A DNA stretch of 64,000 bases from contig OY970355.1 in the NCBI GenBank assembly GCA_963718525.1, forward strand, positions 3,040,001 to 3,104,000, in the 5' to 3' direction. Positions 19,424 to 28,994 of the stretch are shown one piece after another (within the stretch, counting starts at the first letter, position 1; every line of letters begins with the position of its first letter). This DNA is from Candidatus Dormiibacterota bacterium. Its GTDB lineage: Bacteria; Chloroflexota; Dormibacteria; Aeolococcales; Aeolococcaceae. Both the position numbers and the translations under genes were made by a program. Below the pieces are notes generated by a model, which made no database searches, was not told the origin of the DNA, and saw nothing but the letters and a program-made list of their open reading frames with translations.

Positions 19424-20047
19424 ATGCGCCCCGTCAGGGGGTGGGGGGTGCGCGGTGCGGCGGTTGCGGTGCTGATCGTGGTTGCCTCGTGCGGCAGCGA
19501 GTCGACGGACGTTTCCACGGCTGACCCGTTGCATGAGCTGATCACCCTCGATCAGCTTGTCGCACCGGGTTTCACCGTGCTGAGCCCGGCCATGCACTTG
19601 GGCGCGGCGACGCTTGCGGGTGGCGACGCGGCCGTGGAATCCGCACTGACGGCAGGCGGCCTTCAATCCGCGGCGAGCGTCGAATTTCAGCGCACCGTCG
19701 ACTTCGGCACCAGCAACGGTCCGATCGACGTCGTCGCGACCGTCGAGCGATTCGCAGGTACCGGCGGGGCGTCAACCGCCTACAGCGCGAGCGTGCGCCG
19801 GCTCGACGCGGTCCAGGGGGCCGTACCAACCTCCACGGGGCCGCTCGGTGACGAGGCCCATTCGATCAGCGTCGTTCGCACCGCGCCGGACGGCCTGCAG
19901 GCGGTGGAGATCACCGTTGTCTGGCGTGTGGCCAACCTTGTCAATATCATCATCGCGCGCGGCCGGTATGGTGGGACGCGGCTCGCTGACGCGCTCGTTC
20001 TGGCCGGCGTACAGACGCAGAACGAATCAGCAATCGGCTCGGCGTAG
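19424..20047 (+). CDS. Putative lipoprotein
   Basis: Signal peptide ending in lipobox-like VVAS-C. Starts 4 nt after the permease stop. Confidence 0.72.
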   Translation: MRPVRGWGVRGAAVAVLIVVASCGSESTDVSTADPLHELITLDQLVAPGFTVLSPAMHLGAATLAGGDAAVESALTAGGLQSAASVEFQRTVDFGTSNGPIDVVATVERFAGTGGASTAYSASVRRLDAVQGAVPTSTGPLGDEAHSISVVRTAPDGLQAVEITVVWRVANLVNIIIARGRYGGTRLADALVLAGVQTQNESAIGSA

Positions 20048-20063
20048 CGACACCACAACCAGC

Positions 20064-20837
20064 TCAGCTCTTGCGCGCTTCCCAGCGGAATCGAAACACG
20101 GAGAGCACGACGGCACCCACGCCCCAGGCGGCCATGATCAGCAGATCGGTGCCGTTGAAGCCGCTCGCGGACTGGTGCGCAGGGTCGAACGCGGTGAACA
20201 TCGCGTTGATGAAATGACGCACCGGGAACCACTCCGCGATCTGCGCAAGGATTGACGTCGACGGCACCGGAAAGAACGTTCCCGAGATGAACACGATCGG
20301 CAGGAAGACACCGTTGACGATCGCCGGTGCCGCCTCCGCGTTGGGGATCGCGATGGTCATCGCCATACCCAGTGCGCAGAACGCGAGTGCTCCGACGCCG
20401 ATCGTCGCCGCCGCGGCGCCGATGTGCATAGGAACGTGAACGCCGTAGACCAGGATCCCGAAGATCGTGGTGAGCACCGCGAGCACGATGCTGACGATGA
20501 TCGATGATCCCACCACGCCTGCGATGAACGCCCACGGCGGCAGCGGCGTGCCCCGCAACCGCTTGAGGATGCCGTTGTCCCGGCGCAGCGAGAGTGTGAT
20601 CGCGATGTTCGTGAAGCACGCGCCCATGACCCCGAAGGCGACCAGGGCTGGGATGTAATAGTCGTCGTACGAGGTCGTCGCGCCCCCGACCTGTACGGTC
20701 TGCCCCTTGAAGAGCGTCGCGAACACGACCAGAAAGATGATCGGGAAGAGGAAAGCGAAGAAGGCGCTTGCGGGATTGCGCCAGAAGGACTTCTGCTCGA
20801 ACCCGACCTGACGTACGGCGATGCCCGCGCTACTCAT
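20064..20837 (-). CDS. ABC-2 type transporter permease
   Basis: KSFWRNP, RDNGILKRLRGTPL, FISGTFFP, six TM segments. Confidence 0.92.
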   Translation of the reverse strand: MSSAGIAVRQVGFEQKSFWRNPASAFFAFLFPIIFLVVFATLFKGQTVQVGGATTSYDDYYIPALVAFGVMGACFTNIAITLSLRRDNGILKRLRGTPLPPWAFIAGVVGSSIIVSIVLAVLTTIFGILVYGVHVPMHIGAAAATIGVGALAFCALGMAMTIAIPNAEAAPAIVNGVFLPIVFISGTFFPVPSTSILAQIAEWFPVRHFINAMFTAFDPAHQSASGFNGTDLLIMAAWGVGAVVLSVFRFRWEARKS

Positions 20838-21720
20838 GCTTGGTCAGCTCCAGGTACACGTCTTCGAGGGATGGACGCGTGACCTCGAGGTTGGGCAGCT
20901 CGATTCCATTCGCCACCGCCCAGGTGGTGAGGTCATTCAGGGTGCGGGTCGGATGGGAGGTCTCCAGGATGGCGAGTCCGTCCTCCCATCGCACCGGGAG
21001 AGGCAGCGCCTCGGCGGCGACGCCGTCGGGGAGCTCGAAGCGGATGTGCGTCAACTGCGCGGTCCCCGCCCGCAGGGTTTCCGGGGTGCCCTGAGCGACC
21101 ACCTTGCCCGCTGCGATCACGCAGATGCGGTCGGCAAGGTACTGGGCCTCGTCCATGTAGTGCGTCGTCAGAACGATCGTTTTGCCGAGGGTCCGCATGT
21201 TGCGCACGACCTCCCAGGCGGCACGACGCGCCGACGGGTCGAAACCGGTCGTCGGCTCGTCGAGGAAGATGAGCTCCGGGTCCCCCACCAGGCCGAGCGC
21301 GACGTCGAGGCGGCGCTGCTGGCCCCCAGAGAGCTTGCGGACTCGTTCGCCGGCCTTCTCGGTGAGGCCGACCAGTTCGATGATCTCCGCGGCAGGACGC
21401 GGCGACGGGTAATAGCCTCGGTAGAGCTCGACGAGCTCGATGACCGAGAGCATCGGCGGCACCGCCGCCTCCTGAAGCACCAGCCCCACCCGCTCCCTGA
21501 GCTTGCGGCCGCCCGCCTGTGGGTCGACCCCGAGCACGGTCACCGAGCCTGCGTCTCGTTTCCGGTAGCCCTCGAGGATTTCGATCGTGGTGGTCTTGCC
21601 CGCGCCGTTCGGACCGAGGAGTCCGAAGACCTCACCCTCCTCCACCGTGAAGCTGACCCCGCGAACCGCCTCAAGCGCTCCGTAGGACTTGCGCAAACCG
21701 TCAACGGCTATAGCTGTCAC
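20830..21720 (-). CDS. ABC-2 type transporter ATP-binding protein
   Basis: GPNGAGKTT, LSGGQQRR, FLDEPTTG, TTHYMDEA. Confidence 0.95.
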   Translation of the reverse strand: MTAIAVDGLRKSYGALEAVRGVSFTVEEGEVFGLLGPNGAGKTTTIEILEGYRKRDAGSVTVLGVDPQAGGRKLRERVGLVLQEAAVPPMLSVIELVELYRGYYPSPRPAAEIIELVGLTEKAGERVRKLSGGQQRRLDVALGLVGDPELIFLDEPTTGFDPSARRAAWEVVRNMRTLGKTIVLTTHYMDEAQYLADRICVIAAGKVVAQGTPETLRAGTAQLTHIRFELPDGVAAEALPLPVRWEDGLAILETSHPTRTLNDLTTWAVANGIELPNLEVTRPSLEDVYLELTKHE

Positions 21721-21816
21721 GGAAAGTGCTCTCCCCTGTATGACGAGCGGTCACAGAGTCGTTGCGCCATGGTGCCAGAGACCGGGGTCGGCGCCGACCA
21801 CAATTGGCCGCAGCGC

Positions 21817-23373
21817 ATGACCATGACCACAACCAACGTGGAGATCCTGCGCCAGGGATGGCTCGACGCCGCCTCCGCCCTGGCGCCTGGCCTCGACGCT
21901 TTGCCTGAATTCCTGGAGCGCGGCCTGGAAGCCGCGGTCATCGACGAGCGCCTTGACGAGCAGTCACTGCTCCGAGTGGTGACCGACGTGACCGCTGATG
22001 CAGCGCACTCGCTTCCAGCCGAGGAGTTGTACTTCCTGACCCGGCGTCTGCAGCGGGCCGTATACGAATACCTGCTCTCGCTTGACGCGCTTCCGGAGCC
22101 GCCCCATCGCCGCGAGGTCTCCAACGGCCACGCCCCGCAGGACGCGACACTGATCGGTGCCGAGGAGGTGGCGGCGCTCGGGCGCAGCGGTCATGCCAAG
22201 AGCGTCGAGCCCTCCCACGTCGCCACCGTTGCGCCCGAGCACGATCCAGAACCGGCACCCACGGCGGACGCGACCTTCGAGGCGCAGACCGACCCGGACG
22301 CCGCCGCCACTGCCGCGGACCGCGTCGAGGCAGGACTCGCCGAGCTCGACGCGCAGCTGTCGCCGGACGAGCCGGACGTCGCACCCGAAGCAACCGACGA
22401 GCCCGAGACAGAAACGGTGGCCGGCGCAGAGGCGGTACCGGACGGCTCGCCCGAGCCGGCGGCTCGGCCCGCGTTCACCCTCTTCCGGCGAACCGGCGCA
22501 GTCGCAAAGTCCGACAAGGGCGCGCCGTCCAACAACGGCAGCGCGGCCGTCGTACCTGATGCGACCGCGACCAACGGGTCCGGCGCGGCCGAGGACGACG
22601 CGGGCGATGAGGACCCCGAGTCCTTTGTGAAACCAAAGGATGGCTTCCATCTCAGCGACCTCGCGGATTTCGCCGCGGTCCAGCGTTCGGCCGCGACCGC
22701 GACGCCCGCTGGAGACGTGACCCCCGACGCCGAAGCAGTTGAGCCGGTCGCAGCCGGCGAGCCGGAATCGTCGCTGTTCACCGAGTTCGAGTCAGAGTTC
22801 GAGTCCGAGGCTGCACCGGCGGTGCCTGACGCGCCCAACGGCGCCGCGGCCCGCGGCTGGCACCTGCGCGGCGACGACACGGACCAGGCGCTGGAACACG
22901 GCTTGGATGATCCCGGTGACAATCGTTTCGAGACCGACCCGGAGGTCGTCGAGGCCCGCCTCGAGATCAACGATCAACTCCGTCGCCGCCGGTGCGACGA
23001 AGCAGCGGCACTCCTCCAGCGACTTGCCAACGATGTCGGTGGCCGCGCGCTCGCGGAGCTGGCGCTCGATGCCGGGGATCGGTGCCGTGCGCTCGGCAAG
23101 GGCAATGCGGCGCTGAGCTGCTATCTCGCCGCATCGCGCGCAGATCCAGTGCACGAGACTCCGCTGCTTCAACTCGCCGACATCTGCATCGATGACCACG
23201 ATATCGATCTTGCAGTGTCATACCTCGAGCGAGTGACGCGGCTTCGCCGTCTGCGCAATGACGATAAGGGCGCGCTGAAGCTGTACCGAAAGATCGTGAC
23301 CATCGCGCCGTATCGAGACGACATCCTCGCGATGTTGATGCGCGCGCAGGCCAACGGCCGTTTCGACGAATAA
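21817..23373 (+). CDS. Hypothetical protein: helical N-domain, acidic disordered linker, C-terminal TPR-like repeats
   Basis: C-terminus AGDRCRALGKGNAALSCYLAASRADP...LQLADICI...ALKLYRKIVTIAP is TPR-like. The ORF part upstream of 21817 shadows the opposite-strand ABC gene. Confidence 0.75.
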   Translation: MTMTTTNVEILRQGWLDAASALAPGLDALPEFLERGLEAAVIDERLDEQSLLRVVTDVTADAAHSLPAEELYFLTRRLQRAVYEYLLSLDALPEPPHRREVSNGHAPQDATLIGAEEVAALGRSGHAKSVEPSHVATVAPEHDPEPAPTADATFEAQTDPDAAATAADRVEAGLAELDAQLSPDEPDVAPEATDEPETETVAGAEAVPDGSPEPAARPAFTLFRRTGAVAKSDKGAPSNNGSAAVVPDATATNGSGAAEDDAGDEDPESFVKPKDGFHLSDLADFAAVQRSAATATPAGDVTPDAEAVEPVAAGEPESSLFTEFESEFESEAAPAVPDAPNGAAARGWHLRGDDTDQALEHGLDDPGDNRFETDPEVVEARLEINDQLRRRRCDEAAALLQRLANDVGGRALAELALDAGDRCRALGKGNAALSCYLAASRADPVHETPLLQLADICIDDHDIDLAVSYLERVTRLRRLRNDDKGALKLYRKIVTIAPYRDDILAMLMRAQANGRFDE

Positions 23374-23577
23374 CGGTTCATGGACAACCTCCGATTCGGT
23401 GCACCGTGCGCAAGCTCGGCCGCTGTGCGATGCGTTTGTTACCGAAAGGCGATGAACGGCAGGGGTGATTCGATCCACACTCGGATGCGGCCGTCATCCA
23501 GCCCAGCATCGCTGTGGTGGATGCACCGAAGCCGTCACAACGTTACCGACCCGAATTGAGACAACCGAGGAGAACAG

Positions 23578-24426
23578 GTGGCCATCCAGGCGAATAAACC
23601 GAACAGCCGAATCTTCCTGCTTCTTGGAGTGGTGCTGGCTGCGGCGGCGGCGGTTGCCGTGCTGCTCCTCGTGCGTTCGAATGCACCCGCGAATGAAGTG
23701 AGCGTTGTCGTGTCCGACACCGCGATTCCAGCCGGCACCACGCTGACGCCTGCCATGGTTGTCGTGACGCAGGTCCCGCTGACAGCGAAGCCAGGCGACG
23801 CATACACCGATCCGGTCGCTGTTGTCGGCAAGGTGACCCAGGTCGCGCTGGCCAACAACACCCCGCTGGTACCAGGCTTCTTCTCGGCGCCGGCGTTGTC
23901 GATCACCTCGAGTGGCTCCGGCACGACCGTGACCGACATCGAGACGCAGATCACCAAGGGGTACGTCGCGGTCGCGATCCCGACGAGTGCGTCGGTTCCC
24001 CCGGGACTGACAAGCCTGCAGCAGAACAACTTCGCCGGTCCGCTGGTGTCGGCCGGTTATTACATCCTGCCCGGCGACCACATCGACATGCTGGTGCAGT
24101 CCACCACCGGAACGCTCGGCCTGCGCTACACCTTCCAGGACCTGGTCGTGCTCCGCGTCGGCAGCTCAGGCACCACGGGGACAGCTTCCCCGGACGTGCT
24201 CATCGTTGAGGTGCCGCGCGCCCAGGCACCGCTGCTCGCCGGCCTCGTCGAGGGCGACGGGCACGAGTTCGTCGTGAAGTACGTCCTTCGGCCCGAGTCC
24301 GAGTGGGGCAAGCTCTCGGCAACCGGCTATACCCCGAACTACGAACCGGCCGGCCCCGTCGGCATCCCAGTGGTGAAGCAGACCATCGTGGGTCCAAGCA
24401 CCCTGGATAGCCTCTTCGGCGGCTGA
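23578..24426 (+). CDS. cpaB: Flp pilus assembly protein CpaB/RcpC
   Basis: N-terminal TM, SAF domain (VVVSDTAIPAGTTLT), YILPGDHIDML. GAGGAG RBS. Confidence 0.88.
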   Translation: MAIQANKPNSRIFLLLGVVLAAAAAVAVLLLVRSNAPANEVSVVVSDTAIPAGTTLTPAMVVVTQVPLTAKPGDAYTDPVAVVGKVTQVALANNTPLVPGFFSAPALSITSSGSGTTVTDIETQITKGYVAVAIPTSASVPPGLTSLQQNNFAGPLVSAGYYILPGDHIDMLVQSTTGTLGLRYTFQDLVVLRVGSSGTTGTASPDVLIVEVPRAQAPLLAGLVEGDGHEFVVKYVLRPESEWGKLSATGYTPNYEPAGPVGIPVVKQTIVGPSTLDSLFGG

Positions 24427-24431
24427 CAGCA

Positions 24432-25412
24432 GTGACGCCAGCCGCAGTCGTCGCCGCGGCCCTGGCCGCGTCGGCAGTCCTCTCGATCTTCGCCTTCCTC
24501 CTCAGCCGTGGGCAGAACCAGGCTGGGGAGATGGCGAGACGGCTCAACCAGTACGGAGGCGATACGGCGGTCGTGACCGCCCCGCCCCGGGTCAAGACCG
24601 GCAACGCGCTGCGCGACCTGCTTGACGGGCTCACCAACGGCCTCAACCCGCTCCTGTCGCGCACCTCGCACACCGGCAAGCTCGCCGACGACCTGCAGAA
24701 GGCGGACCTCAAGCTGAAGTCGTCGGAGTGGCTCCTCGCCGTCGTCGGCCTGGGCATCCTGGTCGGCCTCCTGGTCGCCCTCCGGTACGGGTCGCCCATC
24801 GCCTTCGTCCCCTGCCCGATCATCGTCTACTTTCTGAGCGGCTTCTTCCTGAGATTCCGGCAGAAGCGGCGCACCCGCGCGTTCAACAACCAGCTCGGTG
24901 ACACGCTGATGCTCCTGAGCAACGCGCTCAAGGCCGGCCACTCGTTCGCGCAGGCGCTGGCCTCGGTCGCGAAGAACGCGAACCCGCCGATCTCGGAAGA
25001 GTTCGCGCGCGCAACCCGTGAAATCGCGCTCGGCATCAACGTCGACGAGGCGCTCAACCACATGGTCACGCGGAACAAGTCCGAGGACTTCGACCTCATG
25101 GTCACCGCCGTGCAGATCCAGCGGGTCGTCGGCGGCAACCTGGCGGAAATCCTCGACACCATCGCGTTCACGATTCGCGAGCGCGTGCGCATCCAGGGTG
25201 AGATCCGAACCCTCACAGCGCAGGCTCGCGCTTCCGGATGGATCATCACGATCCTGCCGATCGCCCTCGCGGGCTTCCTCGCGCTGATCTCTCCCACGTA
25301 CTTCGACCCGATGATCACCGACCCGCTCGGACACATCATGCTGGGCGTGGCGATCTTCTCCATCGCAGTGGGTGCGGTCGCGATCCAGAAGATCGTGAAG
25401 ATCGAGGTCTGA
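24432..25412 (+). CDS. tadB: Tad platform protein TadB (T2SS F family)
   Basis: FNNQLGDTLMLLSNALKAGHS, IQRVVGGNLAEILD, RIQGEIRTLTAQAR. Confidence 0.94.
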   Translation: MTPAAVVAAALAASAVLSIFAFLLSRGQNQAGEMARRLNQYGGDTAVVTAPPRVKTGNALRDLLDGLTNGLNPLLSRTSHTGKLADDLQKADLKLKSSEWLLAVVGLGILVGLLVALRYGSPIAFVPCPIIVYFLSGFFLRFRQKRRTRAFNNQLGDTLMLLSNALKAGHSFAQALASVAKNANPPISEEFARATREIALGINVDEALNHMVTRNKSEDFDLMVTAVQIQRVVGGNLAEILDTIAFTIRERVRIQGEIRTLTAQARASGWIITILPIALAGFLALISPTYFDPMITDPLGHIMLGVAIFSIAVGAVAIQKIVKIEV

Positions 25413-25413
25413 C

Positions 25414-26358
25414 GTGAGCCTTCTCGCCATCGGTCTGGCCGCCGCGCTCGGCGGCGGCATCCTGCTCATCGCATTCGGTCTCGCGATGTCCGTCTCGCCG
25501 CGACAGGGTGACCTGCTCGAGGCGCGGCTCGCGCAGTTCGCGGAAGCCGGTCGCGCGCCCGCGACACTCGCCGAGGTCGAGATGTCGCTCCCGCTGTTCG
25601 ACCGGGTCGTCCGCCCCTTCCTCGACAAGATCGGCAATCGCCTGAACCGCAACGCGGGTCAGGGCAGCACCGACGCGCTGCAGGAGAAGTTGAACCTCGC
25701 CGGCCGTCCGTGGGGACTCAACGCCTCCGGCTTCCTCGCGCTCCGGCTGCTGTCGATGCTGCTGTGCGTGGCGGTCGGGTTCGCCCTCGCGCTCTTCGGC
25801 GCGCTCGCCATGCCGCTCTTCGCCGTGGTCCCCGTCGGCGGACTGATCCTCGGGTACCTGGCGCCCCAGATGGTGGTCGCCCGTCGCATCAAGAAACGTC
25901 AGAAGGAGATCCTGCTCGCACTCCCGAGCGCGCTCGACCTGCTGACCATCTCGGTGGAAGCCGGGCTCAGCTTCGACGCCGCCCTGACCAGGGTCGTGGA
26001 CAAATACAACAACGAATTCTCTCGGGAGCTGACCATCATGCTCAACGAGGTCCGGCTCGGTCGCCCGCGGCTCGAGGCCCTCGATGATGTCGGCAAGCGT
26101 TGCAAGGTCGAGGAGCTCAGCAACTTCATCCAGGCGATCATCCAGTCAGAGCAGCTCGGTGTCGGAGTCGCCAACGTCCTACGGATCCAGTCAGAAGAGA
26201 TCCGCCGGAAACGCCGTCAGCGTGCAGAGGAACAGGGCCAGAAGGCCCCGCTCAAAATGCTCTTCCCGATGGTCGGATGCATCTTCCCCACCCTGTTCAT
26301 CGTCCTGCTTGGGCCGGCGGTCATCGAGGTCGCCCACCAGTTCGGCGCGGGCGGCTGA
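25414..26358 (+). CDS. tadC: Tad platform protein TadC (T2SS F family)
   Basis: LPSALDLLTISVEAGLSFDAAL, QSEQLG, KAPLKMLFPMVGCIFP. Confidence 0.94.
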   Translation: MSLLAIGLAAALGGGILLIAFGLAMSVSPRQGDLLEARLAQFAEAGRAPATLAEVEMSLPLFDRVVRPFLDKIGNRLNRNAGQGSTDALQEKLNLAGRPWGLNASGFLALRLLSMLLCVAVGFALALFGALAMPLFAVVPVGGLILGYLAPQMVVARRIKKRQKEILLALPSALDLLTISVEAGLSFDAALTRVVDKYNNEFSRELTIMLNEVRLGRPRLEALDDVGKRCKVEELSNFIQAIIQSEQLGVGVANVLRIQSEEIRRKRRQRAEEQGQKAPLKMLFPMVGCIFPTLFIVLLGPAVIEVAHQFGAGG

Positions 26359-26380
26359 GCCAGGGAGCTCAAGCAGCGCC

Positions 26381-27208
26381 TCAGGACAGCTGGCGGAGGA
26401 CGCGCTCGAGCTGACGCCGCCGGGCGATGCGCCATCGCGAGCGCAGCGCCGGCACCGACCGGTACACGTCCGGCGCGGATGCGTCGTCTCGCGTCGTCTC
26501 GCGCAGCATCGACGCCACGGTTTCGCGAAGCTCGACAAGGCGCAGCGCGCGGGCGACTTCGAGTGCCGCCGAGATCCGTGCCTCCTCACCCGAGTGCATC
26601 CAGTCCTCGAGTGCGTCGACGAGGCCCTCGCGTCCATCGCCGGCAACGATGCGCGCGTAGTCGGTGAGCTGTTCGGTCAGCGTCGTCACGTTGGATTCGA
26701 AGCGCCGCTCCATGTACGCGAGGATCGCGTCTCGCGCGCTCTGATGGGCCAGCACCGCGATGAGCCCCGGGGCAGTCCGCCCGATCAGCAGCTTCTCGAA
26801 TGGGGAGACCTCGAGATACCCGATGTGGGCTCCTGCGCTCGACACCAGCCACGGGCTGCCGTCACCTCGATAGAGGCAGAGGTTGTCGGGGAGGCCGGGA
26901 TGCTGCCACCCGTACAGTCCCGCCGTGGCCTCCTGGAGCACTGTCACGCTCTCCCGGCTGAGCGCGTATCTCACCAGGCTCCCAGCCGCGGTGATGCTCT
27001 TCGCCTGCTGGAATCGGGCCAGGCTCTCGACGGTCGCCTGTCCCTCGGGATCCATCTCGCTGGAGGGGACCGTCAGGACCGCCGTGGTGCACTGCACGAG
27101 TGCGCACTCGAGGAGGCCCGCATAGTCGGGCCCGGTGGGCTCGTCGAGGAGATCGTAGGTCTTGCGAGCCGAGACGTCACTTCGGGACGTACGCAGGAGC
27201 GGTTGCAC
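26381..27208 (-). CDS. Hypothetical protein
   Basis: Fills the gap. Globular-looking sequence with LYGWQHPGLPDNLCLYRGDGSPWL and a helical C-terminal half. Confidence 0.7.
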   Translation of the reverse strand: MQPLLRTSRSDVSARKTYDLLDEPTGPDYAGLLECALVQCTTAVLTVPSSEMDPEGQATVESLARFQQAKSITAAGSLVRYALSRESVTVLQEATAGLYGWQHPGLPDNLCLYRGDGSPWLVSSAGAHIGYLEVSPFEKLLIGRTAPGLIAVLAHQSARDAILAYMERRFESNVTTLTEQLTDYARIVAGDGREGLVDALEDWMHSGEEARISAALEVARALRLVELRETVASMLRETTRDDASAPDVYRSVPALRSRWRIARRRQLERVLRQLS

Positions 27209-27269
27209 AGAGCAATTCTGTAACGAAATCCCCCGTTCCAGTGAGGCAAACGCGTGTTACGGTCATCCG

Positions 27270-27848
27270 GTGGGCGCGATAGCCGCATCTATCGACAGCA
27301 CTCCGGGTCAGGTTTTCGCAGACGCACTGCTGGTCGTTGCCATCGCGGTGAACGTCTACCTGGGTTGGAGTCACGGACTGATCCGCCGCATCTTCACGGC
27401 GGTGGGTGTCTTTCTCGCGTGCTTCGCCGCCTCGAACCTGGGCAACGCAATCGCGGCGTTGATCCACGCGCACAGCGCCGACGCAAATGCCTGGGCCTTC
27501 ACTGCGGTGTTTCTCTTCGTGGTCATCGTCATGGAGGTGCTCGGCACCCTGTTGAACGAACGCCTCCAGAAGATCGTCGTCGCCCCGTTTGATCGGATCG
27601 GCGGGGCAATCGCAGGCGGCGTGGTGGGCGTTGCCGAAGTGCTGATCCTCTTCCTGGTGGCAATCTCGGTCGGCACCGCGAGCACGACCAACCAGTCGAC
27701 CATGACGCAGGACATTCACGCGGCCACCCTGAGCGGACAGGTGGTGCGCCTCGAGCCCCAGGTTCGTACCCTGTTCGGGCCGGTCCTCCCCTCCAACCTC
27801 GGCGACCACTTCGCTCAGAACGCGGTGGTCATCACTCCGCCCGTCTGA
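27270..27848 (+). CDS. CvpA-family membrane protein
   Basis: YLGWSHGLIR, four TM helices, FDRIGGAIAGGVVG. Confidence 0.8.
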   Translation: MGAIAASIDSTPGQVFADALLVVAIAVNVYLGWSHGLIRRIFTAVGVFLACFAASNLGNAIAALIHAHSADANAWAFTAVFLFVVIVMEVLGTLLNERLQKIVVAPFDRIGGAIAGGVVGVAEVLILFLVAISVGTASTTNQSTMTQDIHAATLSGQVVRLEPQVRTLFGPVLPSNLGDHFAQNAVVITPPV

Positions 27849-27864
27849 CCCACGGGCGGCCGGC

Positions 27865-28254
27865 TCAGCGAGGCGAGCCGACGTCCGCCGGGAAGAAGGT
27901 CTTCACGACCGATCCGAGGCCGACAAGGTTGAAGGGCTTGGTGATCAGATGATTCGCGCCGGCGAGCCGGGCGCGCTCGATGTCGTCGTCACTTGACAGC
28001 GCGCTGAACATCACGATGGGCACCTCGGCGGTTGGGGTGTTTCCGCGGATGCGCTTGCACGTCTCGATCCCGTCCATGCCCGGCATCATGATGTCGAGGA
28101 TCACGAGGTCCGGAGCCCGAGCCTCCACCTGCGCAAGGCCGTCTTCGCCGTTCTCCGCTGTGGAGACGTCGTATCCCTCGATGCCGAGATACATCGCCAC
28201 GATGTGAAGGAGCCTGGGATCGTCGTCAACGATGAGAATGCTGCCCCGGGTCAT
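27865..28254 (-). CDS. Single-domain response regulator
   Basis: ILIVDDD, VILDIMMP, FSA, ITKPF. No output domain. Confidence 0.93.
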   Translation of the reverse strand: MTRGSILIVDDDPRLLHIVAMYLGIEGYDVSTAENGEDGLAQVEARAPDLVILDIMMPGMDGIETCKRIRGNTPTAEVPIVMFSALSSDDDIERARLAGANHLITKPFNLVGLGSVVKTFFPADVGSPR

Positions 28255-28256
28255 GT

Positions 28257-28994
28257 CTAGGCCCCCGCTCCACCCTGGGTCGCGCTGAGGCGGCCCTCTG
28301 CCATGTACTTCGAGAGATCGCGCTCGTGGCCGAGGCCACGTTCGATCGAATCAAGGACGCGCTGATAGAACTCCTCGCGCTCCCTGCGGTCCTCATCCGG
28401 CGCGACAGCCTCACCGCGGATCCGATGCTGAATCCACGGCGGCACGAGCTGCTCGACGGTGTTCCCACCGACCTTGACGGTAATCATCGTGTCATCGAGC
28501 TCCTCGACGACGATGCTGACGCGGTGCGCGATGCCGACGTGGCTGTCGAGCCGCCAGGCCCGCTCCCAGGCGCGCTGCCTGCCGATACCCTCGAAGATGA
28601 GCGTCACGGGGTCTGCCACCAGTTGACCGCCGCTTCCGGACGAGAGCTCCTTGAGCAGGAGCCGCCAGACGTCGCCGTCGATCTGCCGGGATACCCAGCC
28701 GACCAGCGAAGGCGCGCGGTTGTCAAGGTCCGGCAGCGACACTGCCAGCGAGCTGTCGAGGCTCGGCAGTGCGCTCACCACGCCGGCATGGCGGCGGCAG
28801 TAGACGCGGTCCTCGATGGTGACGCGGTGCTCGACGCACCACGCGGTGCGACATTCGCGTCCGCGGCGGTCGATATACTCGCACGGGGCACCCTCGAGGG
28901 ACGTACATCCCGCCTGAGTGCACGGGTGCGTCGTCACGGCTGGCATCAGCCGATCCACCTTAGCATCGGTCGACGTCGCGCGAACCTTCGCCAT
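28257..28994 (-). CDS. Hypothetical protein with Cys/His-rich putative zinc-binding N-domain
   Basis: CTQAGC...CEYIDRRGRECRTAWCVEH...YCRRH. ATG overlaps the upstream TGA. Confidence 0.75.
   Translation of the reverse strand: MAKVRATSTDAKVDRLMPAVTTHPCTQAGCTSLEGAPCEYIDRRGRECRTAWCVEHRVTIEDRVYCRRHAGVVSALPSLDSSLAVSLPDLDNRAPSLVGWVSRQIDGDVWRLLLKELSSGSGGQLVADPVTLIFEGIGRQRAWERAWRLDSHVGIAHRVSIVVEELDDTMITVKVGGNTVEQLVPPWIQHRIRGEAVAPDEDRREREEFYQRVLDSIERGLGHERDLSKYMAEGRLSATQGGAGA

Noticed and set aside
20821-21816. N-terminal 332 aa of the 850-aa ORF 20821-23373
   Set aside because: Fully overlaps the opposite-strand ABC ATPase; the gene more likely starts at 21817.
23441-23540. c-di-AMP (ydaO) riboswitch upstream of cpaB, suggested by GGGGTGATTC and some pairing
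   Set aside because: The other conserved ydaO segments are missing, and the stems are short for high-GC DNA.
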